From: an uncultured Gammaproteobacteria bacterium | GTDB lineage: Bacteria; Patescibacteriota; Microgenomatia; UBA8517 | Assembly (NCBI GenBank): GCA_964357925.1 | Contig: CAYHMW010000005.1 | Span: 1-55,129, forward strand | Direction of reading: 5' to 3' | Length of the DNA: 55,129 nt | Shown: piece after piece, positions 8,247 to 16,968 of the stretch | How positions within the stretch are numbered: the stretch's first letter is position 1 | Layout: every line of letters begins with the position of its first letter | Translations under genes and position numbers: made by a program | Notes under the pieces: model-generated | Seen by the model: only the letters and a program-made list of their open reading frames with translations | The model's database searches: none | Told to the model about the DNA's origin: nothing

Positions 8247-9441
8247 ACCTAATCGCCTCAATTGGAGTCAAGTTAGCAGCCCGCCTAGCAGGGAATGCCC
8301 CAAAGAAAATTCCAATTAGGCTAGAGATACCAACTGCCAAGCCCACAGATAGCATATTAATTCCAAGTGGGAACCATGGTTGTGCGGCAATCACAATTAT
8401 AACGGCAAGTAACAACCCCAAGACTCCCCCCAAAAGTGAAAGGAGCATGCTCTCCGCCACAAATTGAAGAAGTATATCGCTTTTAGTAGCTCCAATTGCA
8501 CGCCGAATACCTATCTCCTTTGTACGCTCAGTAACGTTTGCGTACATTATATTCATAATTCCGATTCCCCCCACGAGTAATGAAATTGATCCGATTGCAA
8601 CTAAAACCCCATTAACAATCGCGAAAACTTGAGACACAGTGTCTAGTATTTCAGACGGCTCAATCACAGCAAATTGATCATCATCATATCGCTTAAGTAG
8701 AATTTCCTCCGCCTGTTTTTTTGCATCTTGTACCGCATCATCGCTCTTAACACCGATAAACATGCCAAAAAAAGTCTTATCTGTATTCAAGGTATTAAAG
8801 GTAGTTGTATATGGAATAAAGACGCTATGATCCTGTTCCTGGTCGCCTGTGTTTTCAACAACACCAATAATCTTTATTCGCAAGCTCTTTGCCCGCACTG
8901 TTTTGCCGACTGCATCTTCTGGATCGCCAAAAAGGTCCGTAGCAATTGCCTCAGCGATCACACCAACTTTACTTGCAGAAGAAACATCAGTCTTTGTGAA
9001 GAACTCTCCATCCATTAATTTACTATCAAAAACTGGAAAAAATTGCTCGTTGACTCCCTGCACATAACCAAACTTCTCCTCCTCATCTGATTTGAGTTGC
9101 ATAGACGTTAAATAACCAGGTACAACATAGTCTGCTGCATCTATCCTTTGGAGTGATCTGTAATCTCGTTCATCAAATTGTATGGCTCCAGCCAAACTGG
9201 AAAACCCCCCTCCAAACCCTCCCTCGCCACCAAAACCTTGGCCAGGAAAAATAATAATAAGGTTTGCTCCAAGGCTCTCAAATTGTTCTTTTAAATAATT
9301 CTTAAGTCCAATTCCGAGGGAAATTAAAAGTACAACAGAAAACACACCAATCATAATCCCAAGTGAAGTCAAAAAAGTCCTGACTTTATTACGCTTAAAA
9401 TCAAGAATCGAGTTTTTTACCAAAAATACGAAATACCGCAT
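8239..9441 (-). CDS. MacB/FtsX-family ABC permease (YknZ-like)
   Basis: RTFLTSLGIMIGVFSV, ISLLVGGIGIMNIMYANVTERTKEIGIRRAIGA, FPARRAANLTPIEAIRYE. Confidence 0.93.
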   Translation of the reverse strand: MRYFVFLVKNSILDFKRNKVRTFLTSLGIMIGVFSVVLLISLGIGLKNYLKEQFESLGANLIIIFPGQGFGGEGGFGGGFSSLAGAIQFDERDYRSLQRIDAADYVVPGYLTSMQLKSDEEEKFGYVQGVNEQFFPVFDSKLMDGEFFTKTDVSSASKVGVIAEAIATDLFGDPEDAVGKTVRAKSLRIKIIGVVENTGDQEQDHSVFIPYTTTFNTLNTDKTFFGMFIGVKSDDAVQDAKKQAEEILLKRYDDDQFAVIEPSEILDTVSQVFAIVNGVLVAIGSISLLVGGIGIMNIMYANVTERTKEIGIRRAIGATKSDILLQFVAESMLLSLLGGVLGLLLAVIIVIAAQPWFPLGINMLSVGLAVGISSLIGIFFGAFPARRAANLTPIEAIRYE

Positions 9442-10119
9442 TTAAATATATTTCTTAACAACCTTCCCGTCCCTCATATAAATTTGTCTCCTAGTACGTT
9501 TTGCAATGTCAGGCTCGTGAGTAACAATAACGATAGTAACTCCAAGCTCATGGTTCAGCTTCTCCAAAAGCTTCATTATTTCGTTCCCTGTGGTTGTATC
9601 GAGGTTCCCTGTTGGTTCATCCGCAAGGATTAGTTTTGGCTCCATTATGAGTGCCCTCGCAATCGCAACCCTTTGTTGTTGCCCTCCCGATATTTTGTTC
9701 GGATAAAAATCAATTCTCTCACTCAATCCCAACCTATTTAAAACTTCAATTGCCCTGTTCCTTGGAGTTGTGCCATCCTTCAATTCCCCATACATGACTG
9801 GCAAAAGCACATTCTCGATAACAGTTAATTTTTCTATGAGATTATATTGTTGAAAAACAAACCCAACGTATTTCGAACGGAGTTTTGAAATCTCGTTATC
9901 ATCAAGCCTGGCAACGTCCTTATCAAACAAGTTAATTCTTCCGCTTGTTGGTTTATCCAGAAGTCCTATCATGTGCATAAGTGTAGATTTGCCAGAACCC
10001 GAAGACCCAAGGATACTTACATATTCTTTCTCCTTTATTTCAATTGAAACGTCATCAACCGCTTTTACAACTGCATCCCCAAGATAGTAATTTTTCGAAA
10101 CATTCTTGAGACTAATCAT
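9442..10119 (-). CDS. ABC ATP-binding protein, LolD/MacB type (YknY-like)
   Basis: Walker A GSSGSGKST, signature ISGGQQQRVAIARAL, ILADEPTGNLD, VTHE. Start MISLKNV at 10119 overlaps the upstream stop. Confidence 0.95.
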   Translation of the reverse strand: MISLKNVSKNYYLGDAVVKAVDDVSIEIKEKEYVSILGSSGSGKSTLMHMIGLLDKPTSGRINLFDKDVARLDDNEISKLRSKYVGFVFQQYNLIEKLTVIENVLLPVMYGELKDGTTPRNRAIEVLNRLGLSERIDFYPNKISGGQQQRVAIARALIMEPKLILADEPTGNLDTTTGNEIMKLLEKLNHELGVTIVIVTHEPDIAKRTRRQIYMRDGKVVKKYI

Positions 10120-11155
10120 ATATAGTGAGTCCCTCGGCAATTCCCTCTCCTTTCACCTCAACCTTTTCCTCACCCTCAAGTCCAACTTCAACATATAATT
10201 TTTTGAGACCTCTATTTCCTGTCAATAAATAGTCACCCTTGTCATCAGACTTAATAAAATCGGGAGGCGTATACAAAACATTTTCCTTCTCTTGAAGCAC
10301 AAGTACTGAGTCCCCCGTCATCCCATATCGGAGAGTAATCCCGCCATCTGCAATATCAGTAAATCTAATTTTAACAGCATACACAGTCCCAACCTCACCA
10401 GCCTTTGGAGAGTAAGAAATATGCTCAATAACACCAGCAAGATCCTTATCAGAATCGGCATCCAGTTCAATCCTCATCTTTTGCCCTACGCTTAAAGTAG
10501 TAACTTCAGTTTGATCGGCCAGTACTTCAAAATAAATAGTTGTCGGATTAATAAGTTCCACCTGAGTCTGTGTGGCAATAATGTTAACTCCGGCAAAAGG
10601 GTTCGTGACAGTAGTCACAATGCCGGCAAAAGGTGCAACTAATGTCGAATTTTTCAAATTATATTCAGCCACCTTAAAAGCCTCATACGCCTGATCTTTT
10701 GCCCCCTCAGCAGTTGTTCTGGCATCTTTTTGAGTATAAGTTTCATCGCTCGCATGGTTTTTAACATCATCATGCACCTTCTGCAATTCCGCCTCGGCAA
10801 CCCGGAGCGCAGACTTTGCAGTTTCAAACGTGGAATTGAGGGTAGTTGTATCAAGTTTTGCCAGATACTGCCCCTTTTTAACTTCATTACCAACCAAAAC
10901 TCCCACCCAGGCAATTTTCCCAGATGTGGGATAGGTAAGCTGTGCATACTCATCAGCTTTTACAGACCCGGTGAGCACATAAACCTCCTCGACCTCCCCG
11001 CGTTTTATCTCGGAAGTCTCAAGCCCATCAGTGGAGGGAAAAGCATACTGTTTTATTCCGTAGCCAGAAACCCCAAGAATCACGAGAGACACTAATATGT
11101 ATTTCCAGGAAAGCCTTGGTTTTAGAAACGTTAAAATCTTGCTAAACTTACTCAT
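10112..11155 (-). CDS. Membrane-fusion/periplasmic adaptor protein (HlyD/MacA family, YknX-like)
   Basis: N-terminal TM; lipoyl half-motifs SGKIAWVGVLVGNEVKKGQYLA and LVAPFAGIVT around a coiled hairpin. Confidence 0.88.
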   Translation of the reverse strand: MSKFSKILTFLKPRLSWKYILVSLVILGVSGYGIKQYAFPSTDGLETSEIKRGEVEEVYVLTGSVKADEYAQLTYPTSGKIAWVGVLVGNEVKKGQYLAKLDTTTLNSTFETAKSALRVAEAELQKVHDDVKNHASDETYTQKDARTTAEGAKDQAYEAFKVAEYNLKNSTLVAPFAGIVTTVTNPFAGVNIIATQTQVELINPTTIYFEVLADQTEVTTLSVGQKMRIELDADSDKDLAGVIEHISYSPKAGEVGTVYAVKIRFTDIADGGITLRYGMTGDSVLVLQEKENVLYTPPDFIKSDDKGDYLLTGNRGLKKLYVEVGLEGEEKVEVKGEGIAEGLTIYD

Positions 11156-11176
11156 AGCAATATACATAATACACCC

Positions 11177-11767
11177 ATGACCCTAGAAATCGACATTTTT
11201 GATGTTATAGCTAAAAATAAAAGCATTTTATTGCACCCCAAAAGTTTTATGCTGGCTCTCTCAAAGGAAAAAGGTAAGAAGAGTGCCTTTTCATTTTTTG
11301 CTACCACATCACTCGCGGGCAATATAGTTGGCATCACAGGACTCTTATTATTGTTTCCCCTCTTAACCAAAATGGTCCCACAAGTGGGTTATGAATTCGC
11401 GGCTCTTGAAGATATACCTAAGAATCTTATCTTTCTATTGTTTGCTTATCTCCTTGGGCTTCTAGGCAGCTTTGTTTATGCGGGATTTCTCCTGTTTTTA
11501 TTAAAAGTGTTTACCAAAAAAGCAACATTCAATCGAACATACAGACTTTACGTCTACTCATGGGCGCCAAGTCTCCTCTTGGGCTGGGTGCCAATTGTTG
11601 GCATAGCAATTCATCTTTATAGTCTAGTTTTATTTGCATTGGGCCTCGGCTCTGTTTATAAATTCAGTTTTAAGAAGACCTTACTGTTCATGCTTACACT
11701 CATTATGATTCTCTTTTTCCTCAATAGTACAATTGAAACATTGGCAATTAACCAAACACTACAATAG
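11177..11767 (+). CDS. Yip1-family membrane protein (YknW-like)
   Basis: LLHPKSF N-terminal motif; ATFNRTYRLYVYSWAPSLLLGWVPIVG; about 5 TM; divergent from the exporter, 21 bp apart. Confidence 0.7.
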   Translation: MTLEIDIFDVIAKNKSILLHPKSFMLALSKEKGKKSAFSFFATTSLAGNIVGITGLLLLFPLLTKMVPQVGYEFAALEDIPKNLIFLLFAYLLGLLGSFVYAGFLLFLLKVFTKKATFNRTYRLYVYSWAPSLLLGWVPIVGIAIHLYSLVLFALGLGSVYKFSFKKTLLFMLTLIMILFFLNSTIETLAINQTLQ

Positions 11768-11779
11768 AATAAAGGTTGA

Positions 11780-12940
11780 ATGAATAAAAATAAAATAGTC
11801 GTAATAATGCCTACCTACAACGAGGCAGAAAATATCAAAAAAATGATCGACGTTTTGATGGGCGAAGAATTTCCTAAAATAAAAAATAGCGACATGCACC
11901 TTCTAGTTGTAGATGACAGCTCACCCGATGGGACAGGGGATGTGGTAAAAGAAAAGCAAAAGAAGTTTAAAAATCTCCACCTTTTAGTTGGCCAAAAAGC
12001 AGGGTTGGGGATGGCATACGTACGTGGAATGAAACACGCGATGAAAGAACTGCACGTTGATGGAACTCTAGAAATGGACGCAGACTTTCAACACAACCCA
12101 GTTCATGTTAAAGCAATGGTCGAAGCTTTTGAGGGTGGGGCAGATTATGTTATCGGCTCTCGATATATCAAAGGCGGCTCAATCCCGCAAGGGTGGGCAG
12201 TTTACAGGAAAGCCATAAGCTACTTCGGTAATCTATATGCAAGAATTGTATTGTTTTTGCCCAAACTTCACGATGTGACAACTGGCTTCAGGCTAACAAG
12301 GGTCAAAGGTGTTCTTGATCAAATTGATCTCGATAACTTGATGGAGCTTCACCGCTTCGCCTTCAAGGTCGATCTTTTCTACCAAAGTGCAAAACTTTCA
12401 AAGAAAACCGTAGAAGTCCCGATTCAATTCGCGCAAAGGACAAAGGAAAAATCGAAGTTTAGTTTGGCAGAGATGGTATCAACCTATAAAGTTGTTATGC
12501 TACTAAGATTAAGAGCCAGTCAGAAATTTTTAAAGTTTGCGACGGTAGGATTTCTTGGATTCGTTGTCAACTTTGTATTCCTAAGAGTTTTTAGAAGTTT
12601 TGGCCTGAGAGAAGTTTTTGTTTGGCTCTATGCAACAGAACTCGCAATTATTAATAACTACGTATTGAACAATGTCTGGACCTTTAAGGAATCAAAAATA
12701 GGTGGGTTAAAAAAATCAATTTACAAATTTGCTCAATTCAATCTTACTTCAGTCGGTGCTCTTGTAATTCAGTCGATATTTGGTCCACTGGGGGTATATT
12801 TAATCGGCGAGCGTTTCGACTGGCTCGTATTGGCGTTTGTAGTAGCATTCATGGTCTTGCCCTATAACTACTTCATGTATAACGTTGTAATCTGGAAAAC
12901 CTGGCACGCTCCAAAAATCTTCAGCAAACAAAAAAAATAA
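11780..12940 (+). CDS. Polyprenol-phosphate sugar synthase (GT2, Dpm1/Ppm1-like) fused to a GtrA flippase domain
   Basis: MPTYNEAENI, VVDDSSPDGT, EMDADFQHNP, GSRYIKGG; C-terminal FLKFATVG...NNYVLNNVWTF GtrA pattern. Confidence 0.88.
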   Translation: MNKNKIVVIMPTYNEAENIKKMIDVLMGEEFPKIKNSDMHLLVVDDSSPDGTGDVVKEKQKKFKNLHLLVGQKAGLGMAYVRGMKHAMKELHVDGTLEMDADFQHNPVHVKAMVEAFEGGADYVIGSRYIKGGSIPQGWAVYRKAISYFGNLYARIVLFLPKLHDVTTGFRLTRVKGVLDQIDLDNLMELHRFAFKVDLFYQSAKLSKKTVEVPIQFAQRTKEKSKFSLAEMVSTYKVVMLLRLRASQKFLKFATVGFLGFVVNFVFLRVFRSFGLREVFVWLYATELAIINNYVLNNVWTFKESKIGGLKKSIYKFAQFNLTSVGALVIQSIFGPLGVYLIGERFDWLVLAFVVAFMVLPYNYFMYNVVIWKTWHAPKIFSKQKK

Positions 12941-12948
12941 TTCGACGA

Positions 12949-13038
12949 TTGCATATTGCATAGTCCTGTAGTAATATCCCCCAAACGGTCTAGGTACTGC
13001 TCGGGTACCTTTACAACGGTCCTTGAAAGGAGGACACG
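12949..13038 (+). promoter_or_regulatory. Promoter and structured leader of the orphan at 13039
   Basis: TTGCAT-17 bp-TAATAT (12949-12977); AGGTAC/GTACCT hairpin; GTCCT...AGGAC hairpin overlapping the AAGGAGG SD. Confidence 0.4.
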
Positions 13039-13797
13039 ATGCGTAAATTGTTACTGGTCATTGCAATGCTGTTTGCAGTCCAGCCAATAGTGACCAATGC
13101 CGCTCCAATATCAGGATCTGCAACTGTAAATTCAGCGGGGACAAAGCTCAAAGCCTTGCATATAAACTATGGACTCTTAAACAGAGTTGAGTTCCCAGCA
13201 GAGGAGACCGAAATGACGTTCTCCCTCGATGTAAAAGTAGGTGAGCTGTTTGCGATCAGGGTAAGGCTAGACGAAGAAACGATTCCATCTGTAAGTCTTT
13301 ATGACGAGCAAATGGCTGAGTTATTAGTCTCAACAGAGGCGGACGGTCTAACCTTTTTAGATGCCGAAGGAAAAAACCTCAGCCTCGTCCAACTACCAGA
13401 CTTTAATGTAAATTACGATGGGCGATATTACATTAAAGTCCTCAGGCAAAACTCAGACGATAGCTCCCGACTGGTCATATCAGTTATTGAAGCAAAGTCA
13501 AAGAGTTTCTCTAGCGAATTCAGCCTGAGCGCCGACAAACCAGTCTATACGGTAGCATTGGATCTCAATGCCAATGATACCATTTATGTGACCAAAACAG
13601 GAGGGCCAGGTACCATTATGGTAATAATGTACACTCCTACCGAAGAGTACTTTCAACCCAACGATCGTACTGCGGACAAACAAGCCTTTAGGGTTAGGTT
13701 TGGAGGAAGGTACCTTTTGTTCTTCACTACTATGATGGATATCATGGGCAATAACAGCCAAACCCACCAAATAGACGTGGTGTTTAATCCTAGTTAG
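13039..13797 (+). CDS. Secreted beta-rich protein, possibly tandem PPC-like beta-sandwiches
   Basis: Signal peptide (TNA/A); two similar segments ending in GRYYIKV and GRYLLFF; strong SD. Confidence 0.55.
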   Translation: MRKLLLVIAMLFAVQPIVTNAAPISGSATVNSAGTKLKALHINYGLLNRVEFPAEETEMTFSLDVKVGELFAIRVRLDEETIPSVSLYDEQMAELLVSTEADGLTFLDAEGKNLSLVQLPDFNVNYDGRYYIKVLRQNSDDSSRLVISVIEAKSKSFSSEFSLSADKPVYTVALDLNANDTIYVTKTGGPGTIMVIMYTPTEEYFQPNDRTADKQAFRVRFGGRYLLFFTTMMDIMGNNSQTHQIDVVFNPS

Positions 13798-13801
13798 TAA
13801 T

Positions 13802-14044
13802 TTAATCAGCCGCAGCTGTTGAGGTGGGCAATCCCGCCCCAACAGCTGCAAACTCTATAACCTTTTCTTCTGGCTCAAATCTATAAATCTTAACTGCTCT
13901 AGTAGGTATATCACGCACTTCCAATGTAAAACCTAATTCTTGTTCTCCAGATTTATTAGTCACCCACTCACTAGTGGGTCTCAGTGAATCTTGCATTCTC
14001 CAGTTCATTACACATCGTTCGGTTCCACCGCGCTCACAACTCAT
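13802..14044 (-). CDS. Hypothetical 80-aa protein
   Basis: Fills the intergenic gap without overlap; no motif. Confidence 0.35.
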   Translation of the reverse strand: MSCERGGTERCVMNWRMQDSLRPTSEWVTNKSGEQELGFTLEVRDIPTRAVKIYRFEPEEKVIEFAAVGAGLPTSTAAAD

Positions 14045-14142
14045 ATCCCAATAGGATAATCTAGTAATAACCTCAATTACTATCGGAATATTTGATACTT
14101 TTTGATAGTTTCACGAAATTACACTAAAATTCACACATAAAC

Positions 14143-15051
14143 ATGAGTGAAGGATTCTCATCGCCAAATTTTGAAGCGTTTTCTAATGACTGGCTGGCCG
14201 ATAGGTATTTGAAGTTTGGCTCAGTAGAAGAAGCGATAAATAGTTATCAAGGTCACTTTCCCGTGTCCGTTGCCGACTATCATCGAAAAATTAAACAATT
14301 TGGCATAATTAAGAAAGTTGGTAGGCGAAAAGTAAGTTTAGCAAAGACACTTTACTTCTTTACTCAAAAGGCTTTGGAACCAGCTATTCCAATCGAAAAA
14401 CTTTACAAATCAATGCCACTCACTTTTCAGGAGTCGGCCTCCATCGCCACTATCCACAGAATCTACAACAATCTGATGGAAAAAGTTGTCCGTCTTGAAG
14501 CCGCAGGAGTAATTATTACAAAAAGTGGCCAGCCAGAAAGAGTCTTAATAGTGGACGAACTCGAAAGTCGTGCTGGGACTGGAAAGGTATCAGGCAGCTC
14601 AACAATCCCATTTAGCTTCGCCAACAGAAAGGAAGACATGAGAACCAAGGCCCTGAGGGTCCTTCAGCAGGAGTTTTCAACTCATTTAACTCTTGGAAAA
14701 AAATTGACAACAAAAGGTTCCCTCGCAAAGAAATTAGTACCAAAATCGATTAGCCCCATACTTCACTTTCATCTTTTGGATGTAGAGATCAACATTTTTC
14801 ATATTGAATTACCTAGTGACTTCGATACGTCGACTCTCAGTAGTTATAATGTCAAGAACCACAGGTTTGTTCATGTTGATGATATTGTGAGGCAAAGCCC
14901 AATCAATTTCCGTGTAAGTGTTCCTGAAATAGTTGCAGCATATTGTAAGCAAATGTTTGGGCAAACTGCAGAGGACCCCCAGATTATTACATCTTCCTTA
15001 AATCACGCCCTCCTTGCTGTTGCTACAGAAGCGGTCCCCAGTCAGAAATAG
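14143..15051 (+). CDS. Hypothetical protein with a helical N-terminus and a degenerate NUDIX-like C-terminal domain
   Basis: AAGVIIT...RVLIVDE...TIPFSF...EDMRTKALRVLQQEF follows the Nudix fold order but lacks the G and RE of the Nudix box. Confidence 0.45.
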   Translation: MSEGFSSPNFEAFSNDWLADRYLKFGSVEEAINSYQGHFPVSVADYHRKIKQFGIIKKVGRRKVSLAKTLYFFTQKALEPAIPIEKLYKSMPLTFQESASIATIHRIYNNLMEKVVRLEAAGVIITKSGQPERVLIVDELESRAGTGKVSGSSTIPFSFANRKEDMRTKALRVLQQEFSTHLTLGKKLTTKGSLAKKLVPKSISPILHFHLLDVEINIFHIELPSDFDTSTLSSYNVKNHRFVHVDDIVRQSPINFRVSVPEIVAAYCKQMFGQTAEDPQIITSSLNHALLAVATEAVPSQK

Positions 15052-16204
15052 GCATTACATTGTTTGATATATAAGAAAGCGAAAAGAGATAAATAGGCAG
15101 AATCAAAGCGACGAAAACATACTTAAATTCCTTTGATGTAATAACGTTCGAATAAGAAGCAAGAAGAAACGGCAAGATAGGAAGTGAGTAACGAACAATG
15201 TCCCGATGCGAAACAAAAATTATTGACACTAGAAAAACGGCGGAAAACCAAGCAGCTGCGCCCATATCTTTTTTAAACATATAGAGAGTTCCAAGTCCGG
15301 CAAGCAAATAAACAAAGACAATCTCCTCTAGCCAATGAGTACCTACCCAAGGTTGGCTATAATCAAAAATCTGGAAAGGTGGGAAGAGGAGATGGATATT
15401 GTCCCCCGAATGAAAATAAGCGAAGTAGTCTCCCATCCGAACTCCATAAAACATAAACACGCCAAGAAGTGATAGTGGAATGAGAAGAAGCGGGTAGGAT
15501 CTCCATTCTAATGTTCTAATCCACTCGCTTGGCGAAGTGGTAGCGGCCCTCTGTAATTTAGGCAGTAGTAAATACAGCCCATAACCGATAAACAACAAAA
15601 TTCCAGGAGATTTTGTTAATTGAGCAATTGCTCCCCAAACGCCAGCCCTCATATATTGTTTTTTGTTAAAGTGGTAAATTGAAGCAAGTATCCCAGCCAT
15701 AAATAATGGCTCCGGAGTCCCCGTTGATCTAGCAATTAGCCACCGAGCGGGGAACAGCGCAAAAACAATCGCCACAAATATAACCTCGCTGGGAGAAACA
15801 TAATCTGCAATATACTTGCTGAAGTAATAAACACAGAGGATTGAGCTTAATACAGTGACAAGTAACATGGCCCAAGGGAAACCAAAAACATCTCCAAAGC
15901 CGAGGTGCAGAACGTCTCCAAACACTGAAATTAGCGCGGGATAAAGTGGAAAATGGGCGGCATAATATTCCACGGGAAGTGGAAACGAAAAATTAGCTTT
16001 GATGTACTCAATACTATAAAAACTTTTTGCTACCACTATGTAAAGTGGTCCATCATAGTTCGCCGCAATTACCTGCATTCCTCCTGTGGGTAGGGGTATG
16101 TTCCAGAATTCAGGTAGCCTTAAAATAAACGGAAGCCAAACCAAAAGTGTTGGTATCAATGATATGACAACTATCTTCAAAAAGTGAGAAAGTCTGGTAC
16201 GCAT
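15023..16204 (-). CDS. GT-C mannosyltransferase-like protein (PIG-V/GT76-like)
   Basis: NYDGPLYIVVA, AHFPLYP, PEPLFM, TKSPGILL, DIVRYSLP; polytopic. Confidence 0.7.
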   Translation of the reverse strand: MRTRLSHFLKIVVISLIPTLLVWLPFILRLPEFWNIPLPTGGMQVIAANYDGPLYIVVAKSFYSIEYIKANFSFPLPVEYYAAHFPLYPALISVFGDVLHLGFGDVFGFPWAMLLVTVLSSILCVYYFSKYIADYVSPSEVIFVAIVFALFPARWLIARSTGTPEPLFMAGILASIYHFNKKQYMRAGVWGAIAQLTKSPGILLFIGYGLYLLLPKLQRAATTSPSEWIRTLEWRSYPLLLIPLSLLGVFMFYGVRMGDYFAYFHSGDNIHLLFPPFQIFDYSQPWVGTHWLEEIVFVYLLAGLGTLYMFKKDMGAAAWFSAVFLVSIIFVSHRDIVRYSLPILPFLLASYSNVITSKEFKYVFVALILPIYLFSLSYISNNVMPISDWGPLL

Positions 16205-16260
16205 CCTAATATGTTAGCACGCGCAACAATTTTTGTGCTAGACTTTGGGGTAAATTAGTC

Positions 16261-16968
16261 ATGAAAACCCTTTCAGAACTCTCAGTCTTCTTTCCCTCAT
16301 ATAACGAAGAAAGAAATATTACAAATACTGTAGAGAAGGCAATCAAGGTGCTTCCATCAGTTGCCAAGAGATGGGAAGTGATTGTCGTTAATGATGGCTC
16401 CAAGGACAAGACGAAGGAAGTGGCACTAAAGCTTGCAAAAAAAGACAAAAGAATTCGCCTCATTGACCATCCAATAAATCGTGGCTATGGCGCAGCCTTG
16501 AAGTCAGGATTTTATAAATCGAAGTACGAATGGGTTGCCTTCACCGATGCTGACGGCCAATTCGATTTTAGTGAAATTGTCGAATTTATAAAAGTTCAGC
16601 AAAATTCAAATGCAGACCTTGTCATTGGATACTATAAAAATAGGCAAGTTCCGTTTTATAGAAAAATAAATACTTTTTTCTGGGAGCTAGTCGTCTATTT
16701 AGCCTTTGGATTAAAAGTAAAGGATATCGACTGTGCTTTTAAATTAATTAATAGAAAAGTAATCGACACAATTGATCCACTCGAAAGTGAACGAGGAGCA
16801 TTTATTAGTAGCGAGTTTCTAATCAAAGCCAAAAAAGCGAATTTCAAAATTGTCGAAGTTGGAATCACACATTACCCACGAGTTGAAGGGAGTGGTACCG
16901 GGTCAAATCTCAATGTAATAATAAAAAGCTTTGTGGATCTTGCTCAATTGTGGAAAAAGCTAAGATGA
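16261..16968 (+). CDS. GT2, polyprenyl-phosphate sugar synthase-like (DPM/DPG family)
   Basis: FFPSYNEE, VNDGSKD, NRGYGAAL, FTDADGQF, DIDCAFK. Confidence 0.88.
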   Translation: MKTLSELSVFFPSYNEERNITNTVEKAIKVLPSVAKRWEVIVVNDGSKDKTKEVALKLAKKDKRIRLIDHPINRGYGAALKSGFYKSKYEWVAFTDADGQFDFSEIVEFIKVQQNSNADLVIGYYKNRQVPFYRKINTFFWELVVYLAFGLKVKDIDCAFKLINRKVIDTIDPLESERGAFISSEFLIKAKKANFKIVEVGITHYPRVEGSGTGSNLNVIIKSFVDLAQLWKKLR

